Below, piece after piece: positions 1 through 12,420 of a stretch of 64,000 nucleotides of DNA. This DNA is from Octopus bimaculoides (lineage: Eukaryota): the NCBI RefSeq assembly GCF_001194135.2, contig NC_068984.1:46547731-46611730 (forward strand). The letters run 5' to 3'. Within the stretch, counting starts at the first letter, position 1. Each line of letters begins with the position of its first letter. The position numbers and the translations under genes are program-made. The notes under the pieces are model-generated. The model made no database searches, had not been told where the DNA came from, and saw nothing but the letters and a program-made list of their open reading frames with translations.

Positions 1-37
<37 letters not shown>

Positions 38-882
38 CATACATGCATACATTCATATATTACTTGCACATTTACATACATACACACTCATACACATTGG
101 GTTCATAGTATCTCTCGCCTTACGCATGTCGCTAATAAGTTTGTTTCACATTTAGTAATATGAAACTCACAATTCACTGTATGTCACAAATGGGAATAGG
201 ATAGACTCTGCGGAGAGTTGGGAAAACGTCACTGTGAATACGGAAGAAATGTAGGAGCAATAAAAGAAAAAAAGGAGCGAGACAGACGACATTTAACTCA
301 GTAGAACTTCTTCGCGGAAAGGTGCTTTTGGGCGGCAGTTTTTTGATAGCTCTGGTTGTCCGAATTAGTGATGATTGCCAACGGAACAAAGGTGAAAATA
401 AACTGCTGATTGAGGAATACATGGAGGAGGAATACACGTTATCCTAAAATGGCAGAGGACTGGTGAACCGTACACCATTTATCTATCAACAGCTACAAGT
501 GTGAAGCCCCCCAGATTTTAGAAATGGTTTAGGGAAAATCGAGAGAATTCACTTTGCAGAAAATTATTGGAATTGAAAGTGATCGATAGCCTCATGTGCC
601 TGGATCTTACATAGGTAATAGCTATATGTGTTCTGGTGGTCTTGTATATTTTGCATATGTTTTAACATTGCAATATACAGCGCTTCCGTTTTCTATAACA
701 TGTACTTTCCTACGTGCTTTGAAACCATTTTTACGATAACCTTGTAGTAAATGTCAAAATAATAACAACAGAAGCGGTGGCAGCAGCAGCAGTAGGAACA
801 GTAGGAACAGTAGTAGTAGCAGCAGTAGTAGCAGCAAGTAGAACAACGGCCACAACAGCAAAATAGCAACGATAATAGTAAT

Positions 883-1075
883 TTTTCTTCTATAGGCACA
901 GTTACGGAATTTTGGGGGAAATAGCTAGTCGGTTACATCGACCCAAGTACTTAACTAGTACTTATTTCATCTAGCCGGAAAGGATGAAAGGTAACGTTGA
1001 AATCGGCGCAATTTGTATTCGGAACGTAAAGACGGACGAAATGCCGCTAAGCATTTTTCCGGAGCGTTAAAAATC
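883..1075 (-). mobile_element. tRNA-derived SINE, family A (AAGGCGGCGAGCTGGCAGAA-type), diverged
   Basis: The reverse complement carries the family core (CCTTTCATCCTTTCCGG...GTACTAGTTAAGTACTTGGGTCGATGTAAC) and the GTGCCTATAGAAG 3' end; flanked by trinucleotide repeats. Confidence 0.8.
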
Positions 1076-1977
1076 AGCAACAACAGCAGCAACAGCAACA
1101 ACAATAATGATGATGATAATGATAATAATAGTAACAATAATGATTTTTGGATACCCATTCTGCTTATGAGCTTGCTAAAAGTTGGGATAATGGAATAATC
1201 TGCTATATAAGAATAAACTTAAATTATACACCAGGGATTAGAAAGACCAGGATTCTCTACTTCAAACAGAAAGCATATTTACAAAGGGAATTTACTATGA
1301 CTATTTGCGCAGAATTAATGATAAAGTGTGGTCATTAGATTAAAGCAAATGTGATAAACGTACCATAAGATCATTCGTTCTCTGATAGGAACCGAAGTAG
1401 TTAGGGACACTGCAGTTTGCATGATAACGTAATGGAAAATCATTGAAACAGAACTTCTCGCAAACGTACCAGGTTGCGTGTTAGCAATATAATAGATACG
1501 AAATGAACCAGAAGTTATATTGTGAAGAAAATGAATTCGTTGGACATGAACATTCTGGGATATTTGTATATTTTTAGAAATGAATTTTAAAAACAACAAA
1601 CACAGAATCTGCTCAAAATGTATAACACCAACATAAAAATTACAATCCATCATATCTATTGATGATCAAAGGAAGTATGAAGCGGATTAGTACACACAGC
1701 GATTGTGCAGTTTTGCATGGTGAGGGCACACTCCTTTATGCGCTTTAAAATTCCAAAGAAATTACAGAAACTGCGATTTCCTGAATACGACAAACATATG
1801 GAGAAAGAAAGACCTGTGCAGCCAATATTTTTGACAAACAGTGTATGCTGAAAGTGAAAAACGCCGGTTTCGGCTGAAAATGACATTTGTACAAAACTGG
1901 TAAAGACAGACATTAATAAAACAGCAAATGCATACTGTACGGAGTTATAATATATCGGCTAGTACAATCAATTGCAT

Positions 1978-2148
1978 GCAGGACAAAAGGCTTAGGGGTA
2001 TTTGGTCCATCTTTACGTTTTGAGATTAAATTCCACCAAGGTCGACTATGCTTTCCATATATTCACGGTAAATAAAACAACTACAACCTGAAAACTGGGG
2101 TCAATGGAATCGACTTACCCACTCGCCCTTCTGTCAAAATTTGAAACC
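1978..2148 (+). mobile_element. SINE family A, diverged
   Basis: GCTTAGGGGTATTT...AAATTCCACCAAGGTCGACTATGC...CTGGGGTCAATGGAATCGAC matches the family body; followed by an (ATT)n tail. Confidence 0.7.
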
Positions 2149-3354
2149 ATTATTATTATTATTGTTTAATATTCCCACGTTATTGATTTTATACATTCAT
2201 TAAACAAGAGAGCAAAGGCTATTTGCATTGGTTATGCTCTGTGTTTCGGAGTTGTTTTTCATTTTCTCTTATATCCTCACGGATCTACACATTATATATG
2301 CGATTCATAATCCGGTTTTATTTCCTGTATGTTCTGAATATTAACAATTTCTCGAATTTAGGTTAGATATCTTTCTACATGTGTTTTTATCACTCACCCT
2401 CTGTAGCATATACTGAATTAGAAGTGGCTCTAAAAATGTAAATACTACCGATACCTCATAATGTAAGCATTGGCTTTATCTTCATATTGAATCCGAGATT
2501 CGTGGAAGGAAAGTCCCTTTAAGACGTCGAGTGTTAAACAAAACTGAATACCTCAAACTAACAAGTTGAAATAATAGCTATATATCGATATCCACCGTTC
2601 TCGTTCACCTACGGAGTGATGTTCGTTTAGTCTGAAATATTCTGTGTCGTCTTCTAAAACCCGACGTCTTATAAGGGACAGTCCAGAACACATGCATTAT
2701 GTATGTAATATCAGTAAAACACACACACACACACACGTTTGGCTTAAGGGGATCACGGTGGAAAGAAGTGCTACTAAAATATGTGGAGAAAATGTCAAAA
2801 AGAAAGCAATAATACAGAAGAGAATCCATTTCTACGCATATGGGATGATGGCCCGAGGTAAAGGTAATGCACCACATGTATTGGGAAACGTGCAAATCCA
2901 GTCATCTGCAGACTGAGTTAATCTAATTTATGCAAATTGCATTAGACAACTCTGATACATTGATGAACATCAAAATAAACCCCTACGAAATTTTAAAAGT
3001 GAGAACTGGAAAAATTTGAATCTATCTTACCCATGGATTTGACTCTACTGACAATTACTATAATAATTCGTTATATGCAACGGAATCATATTTAATGCCA
3101 GTACATCATATAAAGCCAAATTAACTGCGATATATCTGAGATAATATCCATTATAGACATATAGTGCTTAATATCACAGAATATACCAGTTGCAGACAAA
3201 ACGTAACCTTCAGCCCTCAGTGGTGGAGATGTTGATACATTCGAATTTCTTCCCCGTTTTGCTCCGTCAATGCATATCATGGAGTTTTCAGTTGTTTTAT
3301 TATTACATTATATTATTATTATTTTATAATATTATTTTGGCAAAATTCAAGCCA

Positions 3355-3860
3355 ATAGGATCATATATAGAACTGATCCTAAGTGTTCATTTTGCGATGA
3401 GCAATATAAGGTCGTTGACCACTCTGCAAAGTATTGGAGTATAAAGTTGGGCGTGATAGAATAGGATAATAGTTTTCAGAAGGAAAATTGTACGAGGATC
3501 AACCACTTACAGTAACAAGTAAAACACGCGACAATTCTTTGGGATTTTCTAATGAACACTCACAGTATGATCAAGGCCAATAAATACGATATAATTGTGA
3601 AGAACCGTTGAAGAAAGCATACTTTTAATTGACATGATCTTGAAAACAGATTGTAATATCACCTGGAAAGTTTTCCGAAAGCTCATTATATATAAAAAAA
3701 ACTCCGATAATGGAAATTGAGAAAATATGTGGGCTGTACATTATCAGTGATAGTCACTCCATTTGGAATGATGAAAAAGGCGAACAGTAAACAATAGAAT
3801 TAAAAGATAACAATGCTGGCTGGCACTGTACATGTCTTCATAAAAGTATTATCAATGTAA
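3355..3860 (+). mobile_element. Dong/R4-clade LINE, highly decayed C-terminal fragment (zinc finger plus REL endonuclease)
   Basis: Broken translation RTDPKCSFCDEQYKVVDH ... ILWDF...IKANKYDIIV...LIDM...EIEK, colinear with the better-preserved copies at 24.9-25.6 kb and 36.2-37.0 kb. Confidence 0.6.
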
Positions 3861-4045
3861 ATATCTTACACATAACTTTACTGCTTTTTTATGTAATTAT
3901 GGTGCCCGTTGTAAGCCTAGTGATTGTTAATTAAACATTAAACATTGTCCTAGGTATCAGGGTGAAACTCAGCAAGATATAGGAAAAATACAAACTTTGA
4001 ACGACGTTTTGCGTAATAATATGATTATATTTTTACTATTGCTAT

Positions 4046-4215
4046 TAAGGCAGCGAGTTGGCAGAATCGTTATCACGCAGTATTTCCGCTGAGGTCGACT
4101 TTGCCTTTCATCTTTCGGGGTCGATAAATTAAGTACCAGTTGCATACTGGGGTCGATCTATTCGACTGGGCCCCTTCCCCAAAAACTTCAAGCCTCGTGC
4201 CTATAACAGAAAGGA
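4046..4215 (+). mobile_element. SINE family A, internally deleted
   Basis: Head AAGGCAGCGAGTTGGCAGAATCGTTA is joined early to GAGGTCGACTTTGCCTTTCATCTTTCGGGGTCGATAAATTAAGTACCAG; 3' end GTGCCTATAACAGAAAGGA. Confidence 0.9.
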
Positions 4216-4235
4216 TAATAGTAATTATTATTATT

Positions 4236-4378
4236 AAATTCCACCGAGGTCGATTTTGCCTTTCATCCTTTCGAGGTCGATAAATTAAGTACCAGTGAAA
4301 GACTGGGGACGATGTTATAGATAATCCCCCTCCCCATAAAATTCAGGCCTTGTGCCTATAGTAGTAGAAAGGATTATT
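4236..4378 (+). mobile_element. SINE family A, 5'-truncated
   Basis: AAATTCCACCGAGGTCGATTTTGCCTTTCATCCTTTCGAGGTCGATAAATTAAGTACCAG...GGCCTTGTGCCTATAGTAGTAGAAAGGA with a (TTA)n tail. Confidence 0.9.
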
Positions 4379-4407
4379 TTTATTATTAGCAGTAGTAGTA
4401 GTAGTAG

Positions 4408-4620
4408 TAAGGAGGGGAACTGGCAAAATCGTTATCGTGCCGAGCAAAATGATCAGCGGTATTTCGCACGTTGCTACGTTCCGAGTGCAAATTCTGCCGA
4501 GGTAGACTTTGCCTTTCATCCTTTCGGGGTCGATAAATTAAGTACCAGTGAAGCACTGGATTGGACGTAATCAACTGGTCCCCGCACAAAAAATTTCAGT
4601 GCCTTTAGCAGAATGGATTA
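4408..4620 (+). mobile_element. SINE family A, near full length
   Basis: A-box-like CTGGCAAAATCG, B-box-like GAGTGCAAATTC, and core CCTTTCATCCTTTCGGGGTCGATAAATTAAGTACCAG. Confidence 0.9.
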
Positions 4621-5092
4621 TTATTAGTGGTAGTGAGAGTAGTAATATTAGCGTAGTCGTTGTTATTAGTACACAGGTATATAAATATAAATATGAGTGT
4701 GTATGCATGTCAGTATATGTGAATGTGTATACATGAATCTTGAGCATATTAATCAAATAGCGTACGTGCCACATGTATTTGATTCTCGTTTGTTAATGAA
4801 TTTGATGGAAATTGCTTTCAGTTTGGATAACATCCAAAAACAGCAGATTATAGCGGAGTGAAAATAGATAAGGATGCATATATCTCTGTGAATGACAGAT
4901 GTCCACCCCACTCCCTTACCAGCTGTATCTTTAGTCGATAGCTGACTGTTGTTAAAGGTACAGTCATGTCCAGAATTCCTTAGTGTAAAGTGAGCTTTCA
5001 GAACAAGTTTTGCTTAAAAAATACTCGTATTCCCAGACACAATAATAAACTACGCGCTAATACTAATATTGATAATAATAATGATAATAATT

Positions 5093-5093
5093 G

Positions 5094-5160
<67 letters not shown>
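5093..5160 (+). repeat. (AAT)n microsatellite, upstream flank of a Dong insertion
   Basis: Pure (AAT)n tract. Confidence 0.98.
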
Positions 5161-5162
<2 letters not shown>

Positions 5163-6061
5163 TAGATATGGTTCACTCCACCTGAAAAGTGACACAAACA
5201 GACTGTATGTACCAAGAAAAATAGGGGAGGAGGACTTATTGGATGCGAGCACAGCATTAGAGCAGTAGAAAACAACATGGCATGGTATGTAAAAATGCCA
5301 CGGAATCGCTATTATTAGAAGTAAAAAGGTCAGGCTTGTGTAGGATGAAAGATTGAAAGGAAAAAAAAACCCTATACAAGAAATTGAAAACGAATGAAAC
5401 TGAAAATACGTGGGTAAAGAAAAGAATGCATGGTCAGTGTCATAGGGATGTTGAAGATAAGACAGACAGAGAAAAAAGATGGCTGTGGTTGATTAAAAGT
5501 GATTTAAAACCAGAAACGGAGGCCCTAATCTGCGCTGCCCAAAAGCAAGCACTAAGAACAATCTACATGAAATACAGAATAAACAGCACATCAGAAAGTG
5601 ATAAGTGCAGAATCTGTGTACAAAACGGTGAAACCGTATGGCATATTACCAGTCAATGTACGCGACTAGCACAGAAGGGATATAAGAGACACCACGACAA
5701 TATAACAAGGGTTCTCCATTAGACACTTTGCAACAAGTATGGACTTGGCAAAGCAAAAAATTCGTACGACCACAAGCCTGAAAGCATCGTCGAAACTGAA
5801 AATGTAAAAATCCTATGGCATTTTATGATTCAGTGTGACCATGAGATAGAGAATAGGAAGCCGGACATAGCATGCCCAGCTGAAAACAAGGTATGCGATA
5901 AGGGGCTGCAACAAGGGAGAAGCACTTGCAGAAAACAGCACTGCTTGGAACCGCTCGAATACTCCGGAAGTTGCTCAAAAAATAAGAGGTGTTATCATAG
6001 TTCACTGGTAGTGAACAGCTGACACTGTAATACATCTCCAGAGTTAGAAGCTTAGCAAATG
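5161..6061 (+). mobile_element. Dong/R4-clade LINE, 5'-truncated 3' portion (post-RT region, CCHC finger, REL, 3' UTR)
   Basis: YGSLHLKSDTNRLYVPRKIG, WVKKRMHGQ, LKPETEALICAAQKQAL, CRICVQNGETVWHITSQC..LAQKGYKRHHD, QCDHEIENRKPDI, LQKTALLGTAR; (AAT)n on both sides. Confidence 0.93.
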
Positions 6062-6062
6062 C

Positions 6063-6300
<238 letters not shown>

Positions 6301-9300
6301 GATGTTGTTATATTGGCTGCTTGTTTTGGACATATATCATATTGGCTCCCGAAAATTTATCTTTTTTGTTGTGAACTATTTTTTGTAATTGTTTCTTAAA
6401 TCTTTCGTTAAGGAAACTTACTTCACTGGGCGAAGGGGAAGATAGAATATTTGTGTCCCAAAGGGAAAGATTTGTAATATTTTATTTGCTTTCATTTGCC
6501 ATTTTCTTCTCGTTTGTCATTTTGGCATCAGTAACACCCACCATTAGACTCAATTAAGAGGTAGTAGGAAAAACTTCGCATATTTCTAATTTCATTAGAA
6601 AACAGTTACTCGAGAAAAAAAAACAACAATAAAAGCCATGACAAAGGCAACGATATGAACGACGTATTATCTGTTAGAACGTAAACAACGACAGCAAAAA
6701 AAAAACCAAAAAAAAAAAAACCATGATATCAACATTAACAGCAACAATGGAAATGAAAACGAAAGAAACAATTCTAACAGCAATGGCGGCGGCAAAAACA
6801 GCATAAACCCACAACAATAGCAGCACCACCAACAAGGATACTGATGATGATAAAGTACTGTGTGCTGATTACTGCGTAGGCAATCGTTTGCTGGAATGGC
6901 TCTCCCAAAATGAAAAGAAGAATGTTTGACACATGGAAAACAGCATATGAATTGGAATGGGAAGAGAGCGTATGTTGACAACCAAACCATGGATTTGGCA
7001 GCAACTGACTGGAACAAAGTGTATCACTATGTGTCGTATAAAACTCGAGACATAGATGCAGTGATATACACCCAAGTGAAAAATCCCCGAAAGAATGATC
7101 GGCAAATGTAAATCATATGATTTGTACAAGGTAGATCGGAGACATGGAGGGTTTTCTCAAGAGCAAGGCTCTCACTTAGAAGCGTTGATAGGGAACATAT
7201 TGCCAAAAGAACATATATAGGGAGAATGACCTGACAGAAAACATTGCCAAAACAACACATATATGGGAAATAATCTGTTCATATTGAGTTGCACTGAAAG
7301 GCCAGTAACAGCTGAAGAAATACGAAAAGGTAAGGCCAGTAACAGCTGAGGAAATACGAAAAGTGACGGCTGAGTGCATGACGGACAGGTTAACGTGAAT
7401 GCGTGATTTGCGTTTGAGATGTATCGCCATATGCCAGTTTTGTTCCTCTTGGCTGATGTCAACTGTTGTATGATTCTATTGTGTAGGTTGTTGCCCCGTT
7501 TTCGTTTGGCAAGAAACGGCAACCAAACTTCCACTGCCTGCTGGGTAAATTCTAAGTAAGTTGTATTATTGTACCGGTTGGAAGGTCAAACAAAGTGTCT
7601 TTACTCTAAAGACAAGCCCTTCATGAACTTCAGGTATTACTGACGGGTGTGGAAGAAGATGAATGTAGAGATGAAAGAGCATTTCCCCAGTGAAAATAGC
7701 AAAACTGACGGGGCTAATTTGTCTCATGTTTAATATGTGGCAGCGCTCTGGCGGCAAGAATTCATTAAGAATCAAGAGTTTGAATTGAATTTTCATTTTT
7801 GATATTACTCTCGTCATATATTTAAGTAGTATTTGTTAATCATACAGTTTTCTGATTTTATATTACCACTTTCATTAAAGGCTGTCTGTTTCTCGCCGTT
7901 TAAATTGGCATGTGATTTGATTGGGTTTATATGTTTATATATTTTGAGGAAGTATCTTCTTACCTTCGTGGTTACTGCAGCTACTGCACAGATAAGTTGA
8001 TTTATTGCATTTTAAAACGTTATGTCCTGTGAGAGTCATTTTATATTAACATGAATTTATTTTGGGTAATTAACTTGCCAACGGTTTTCAATGGTCTCAG
8101 ATCATCACTGACTTGTAATTGCTAGCATCAAGCTGTTCTTGTGAGGTACTAGATCTCATTGGATAACAGATTACTAAACTGGATTGCCAGAGATATGTCA
8201 GAAACTCAGTTGGAACGGTAACGTTTTAGCTTTTAAAATAATTAGAAAATCTATGGACACCATTTCATAACATCAAACTTATCAACAAAATCTGAAGTCA
8301 TAAATTATTATTAGGCTTGTTATTAGTGATTTCAGTATGTATGGTGGTAAGCGAAAATATGTAAACGAAGTGTGTTTTGAATATATTTACTATGAGAATG
8401 ATTTGTGTCGTATATCTAAAATAAGTGTTTATTATATCAAGTATTACATGTAAATCACGAATTCGAGTGTGATTAATTCGTCTTCCAAGCTACTCATACT
8501 TAATAAAATATACTCACAAGATTCCTTTACGACACAGATCTCTTTCCGTTACGGCAGAAATTTTATCACTGCATATTGGCAGTCCCCAATTCCAAAAACT
8601 GATTCTGAGTTTTGAACAACAGACGTTTCCACCTCACTTTGCACATATGAATATTCACTGGAGTTACAACTTAAGCCATTCAAAACATAATCTTTGCTGT
8701 GAAAAAGAAAAAAAAGCTATATTCCGTCGGCGAAGGTTGAATTTACGATCTTGGAGACTCGATTTACGCAGGTAAGGATTCCACTTTACATCCTTGGAAA
8801 CACAATTTATACAGGCAAAGACTCAATTTATGCTGCTCAATAGTTAATCTGCGTCTTCTGAAAGGCAATTTGTGACGTTAAGGACACGATTTACGCAACT
8901 TTTAACATCCTCTTAACTAGAGCTGAGTTGATCATCGGGTAGTTGAACTTAATTGGAACAAAAATTGGAAGAAAATAATAAATTAAACAATTTCAGTGGG
9001 TGAAGAAATTACGCTAGTTGCAGCTGTGACAAATCTTTAACAGCAACAAAGCTAGCCTCACTTTCAGAAAGAAGCAACACTTTTTCTTTTTATTATCTTA
9101 AATAGTGTCCAGTAATGAATATTAATAATACATCACCACCACCAGCACCCCCTACATTAGAGGTGGCACGACCTCTCGCTCCGTAAACACTACATCAAAG
9201 TAAATAGAATAGCAACAATTTTCTATATCCATAGCCGTCTTAGTAGCGACGCTTTATGAAAAACTCAGCTATTCTTGAAACTATCCTATTGCAAACTATA

Positions 9301-9684
9301 CGTTATAAACGAGATATAAACTGATTCTATTTTAGTTATAAATTAGATTTGAGAGCACTTTAAAATAATTTCTTTCATAAAACATTCTCTCACGTAGACG
9401 ACTAAGGGGGATTGTTTTCAACAGTGGGTATTTGTTGTACAACGAAACTGTAATTTTATTACATGACGGGGTGGGTTTCGGTAAGTAATTAACAGTAGTG
9501 AACAAGATTGCCGCTTCGTAACATTTCTTCAGTTTTTATCTCTTGTTATTATTGTTTATGTGATGATTTTGGTGTTGCTATCGCTTCTATTCTATAAAGC
9601 AAGATAAGAACCACAAATACAAATCATTTCTACTGAATACGTGGGTGGCTGTCTGTGCAAGTACATGTATGTGGGGCTTGTTTA

Positions 9685-10185
9685 NNNNNNNNNNNNNNNN
9701 NNNNNNNNNNNNNNNNNNNNNNNNNNNNNNNNNNNNNNNNNNNNNNNNNNNNNNNNNNNNNNNNNNNNNNNNNNNNNNNNNNNNNNNNNNNNNNNNNNNN
9801 NNNNNNNNNNNNNNNNNNNNNNNNNNNNNNNNNNNNNNNNNNNNNNNNNNNNNNNNNNNNNNNNNNNNNNNNNNNNNNNNNNNNNNNNNNNNNNNNNNNN
9901 NNNNNNNNNNNNNNNNNNNNNNNNNNNNNNNNNNNNNNNNNNNNNNNNNNNNNNNNNNNNNNNNNNNNNNNNNNNNNNNNNNNNNNNNNNNNNNNNNNNN
10001 NNNNNNNNNNNNNNNNNNNNNNNNNNNNNNNNNNNNNNNNNNNNNNNNNNNNNNNNNNNNNNNNNNNNNNNNNNNNNNNNNNNNNNNNNNNNNNNNNNNN
10101 NNNNNNNNNNNNNNNNNNNNNNNNNNNNNNNNNNNNNNNNNNNNNNNNNNNNNNNNNNNNNNNNNNNNNNNNNNNNNNNNNNNNN
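9685..10185. other. Assembly gap (N-run). Other gaps: 21576-21631, 24338-24767, 25107-25116, 36345-36710, 40985-41900, 63010-63609
   Basis: Runs of N; ORFs spanning them are artefacts. Confidence 1.
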
Positions 10186-10271
10186 TATATATATATATAT
10201 ATATAAGGATTTACTTTTCGTAATGAGATAAAAAAAAAATGGCTGCGTATATTTTAGAACATTTATAAATA

Positions 10272-11455
10272 GAAGGTTTTACAGCTGTTTCCAGGATATT
10301 TATTATATCCTTTCATCGGAGACAGTGTGAGAGGATGGTTAAGCAATAGTTAATGCAGGGATATTGTATTTGTAAATCCATTATTTAGGCAGAATTGTAT
10401 ACATATAAGATTCCAGTGCCTTCAGAGTAAAATCCAATAGTCCTTAAGATTGGTTATTGCATTTGTAAATCCATTATTAAGATTCCAACACCCTATGAGT
10501 AAAATCCAAGAGTCTTTGAAATTGGTCATTCCAAATACAGAGTTTATACACAGTGTTATTGAATCAAGGGTTCTATTTAAAGTGAACTAAAAGTTGGGAA
10601 TGTATTAGTAAGGTCAAATAGAAAACAGAAAGAGAGGAACAAAGAAAGAAACAAAAAGGGCGAGTGAGAAAGAAAAGAAAAAAGGAAGAAATAATAAAAG
10701 GAATAAAGAAAAGAAAGGAAAAAGGAATAGAAAAATAGAGATAAGGGAATGTGTACCAGATAGTGGTCAGTGAATATAATAAGAAGGTAGGAACGGGAAG
10801 ATAAGCGAAGATAAGGGTAAAAGAGAAAGGTATTATAGGGTAGAAAGATAGAAAGAATGGGGGGTTATGGAGAGAGAGATATAAAGCTTTAAGGCGTGTC
10901 AATTGCAGTGATGGAGTCTAAATGATGGAGTAGAGAAAGGGTGTATTAGTATAGAAAGCAAAATTTAGGAGTTTAGATGGTTGGGCAGGTCAGTACTAGT
11001 AATAGAAAAAAAACATGTGAGAAACTATACATATGTATACGTTAGACATGTATATATACGAAGTTAAAATATAGATTTATAAAGTCATAGGCATTACCTA
11101 AGGGGTATTGTGGAAATGTACTGTATGGTGATTTTGGCATTTGAATTTGTGGTAGAATGTGAATGAGTGAAAAAAGTGGTGATTACATGAGTTTAGTTCC
11201 TCGTTATGTTTATTTATCAGAGCTGGAGAGGTGTGCTTTAAAATGTGAAGTGCCTCCTTCAGGCAAGGTTTGCCGGTTGAGCGTTGACCTCGGTAGGGAA
11301 GCCCTGAGTCCAGTATGGACCATGATAGAATATAGGGTATATTTGTATTTTTGAGATGATGTATGTGGTTGGCGAGTGTTGTAGATTTACTGTGTTTATC
11401 GTATCTAAAAGAGTGGAGGTGAGCGGCATATCGTTGCTTAAAATTTTGTTTGATC
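10272..11455 (-). mobile_element. Penelope-like retroelement 3' fragment: GIY-YIG endonuclease C-terminus plus downstream pLTR-like region
   Basis: ORF 11098-11455 gives FKQRYAAHLHSFR..KHSKSTTLANHIHHLK...LSWSIL...PY....KPCLKEALHIL....LINKHNEELNSCNH, the C-terminal GIY-YIG pattern of PLEs. A hammerhead-like motif lies ~775 nt downstream on the same strand; imperfect ~90/70-bp tandem duplication at ~10362-10530. Confidence 0.8.
10276..10323 (-). ncRNA. Minimal type I hammerhead-like ribozyme motif (CCGAUGA core variant)
   Basis: Minus strand GTCT-CCGATGA-A-AGGATAT-AATAA-ATATCCT-G-GAAA-CAGCTG-TA-AAAC: 7-bp stem II, palindromic stem III ACAGCTGT, GUA triplet, stem I 3/4 bp. Confidence 0.65.
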
Positions 11456-11476
11456 CTATATATATATATATATATA

Positions 11477-11800
11477 GGTGTGGCTGTGTGGTACGAAGCT
11501 TGCTTCCCATCCACATAGTTCCAGGTTCAGTCTCACTGCGTGGCACCTTGAGCAAGTGTCATCAACTATAACTACGTGGCAACCAAAATCTTGTGAATGG
11601 ACTTGGTGGAAGGTATCTGAAAGAGGCCCGTTCTATATATATATATGTATATATCTATGTGTGCTTGCTTTTGTGTCTCCTTGTCTTCCACCACCCCTCA
11701 TCATCGCTTGAAACCCAGTGTTGGTGTATTTAGGTTGCCGTAGCTTAGCGGTTCGGCAAAATAGACCAATGAAAGAAGTATTAGATTTAAAAAAATAAGT
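11477..11800 (+). mobile_element. tRNA-derived SINE, family B (GTGGCTGTGTGGTAAG-type)
   Basis: GTGGCTGTGTGGTACGAAGCTTGCTTCCC...GGTTCAGTCTCACTGCGTGGCACCTTGAGCAAGTG...internal (TA)n...TAGCGGTTCGGCAAAA; sits at the 5' break of the PLE fragment. Confidence 0.9.
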
Positions 11801-11810
11801 CATACATTTA

Positions 11811-12420
11811 TACGAGGGGCTTTATAGAAATTCATAATCCTTAATTTAACTGTCTAAATATCTGTGCGTATGTGTGTATGTATATATTATGTACGTATGT
11901 AGTACGTACTTACACTCACATACATATACACACACACGCATATATATCCGAATTTCATTGAATACACGCCTTATTTCTATGTTTTGACACGATTTCAATA
12001 TTTTTGTAAAAGAAGTGTCTTAAAACCATTTATACCCAATGCTTCCGTTGTTCTTTATGACAATAGTGTTTAATTTGAGGGCGAACTAGTTGGTATTTTT
12101 AGCATGTCAAATGACACCGTTAAGCTTACATCTTCAAAGTTTCACCATGGACTGAAGGCTTCGTTCAGCTGTTCTTAAGTCCAATTAAATAATATCTAAT
12201 ATTGATTATTGCGCTGGACTGCATGTAACAATCTACGCATATTTTGCCTTCTTTGCTTTTCCTTCTTTTCATCTATGCATGTAATTTATTGTTTCATTCA
12301 TAGAAAATGAAGTCATGGTGAAACCCTTTCTTTTGCGACAGTGCCTGCTTAATTATATTTGTGGCTAGCGCTGTGCACACCCGTAAATTGCTGAGGTAAA
12401 CGTATAGAAATCATGAATTT
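11811..12420 (-). mobile_element. Ancient mariner-type transposon remnant (transposase C-terminus plus one terminal repeat)
   Basis: TA|CGAGGGG terminus at 11811. Broken minus-strand translation QKKG-FHHD ... YYL..LKNS(L)NE ... EDV ... GING, with motif spacing matching the mariner HHDNARPH...DYHLF..L.NSLN...NG C-terminus. Confidence 0.45.

Noticed and set aside
9641-10231. Long ORFs spanning N-runs (also 36306-36716, 40811-42052, 62890-63645)
   Set aside because: Open only because N codons are not stops.
10573-10902. 109-aa F/L/S-rich ORF
   Set aside because: Translation of the pyrimidine-rich non-coding region downstream of the PLE endonuclease.
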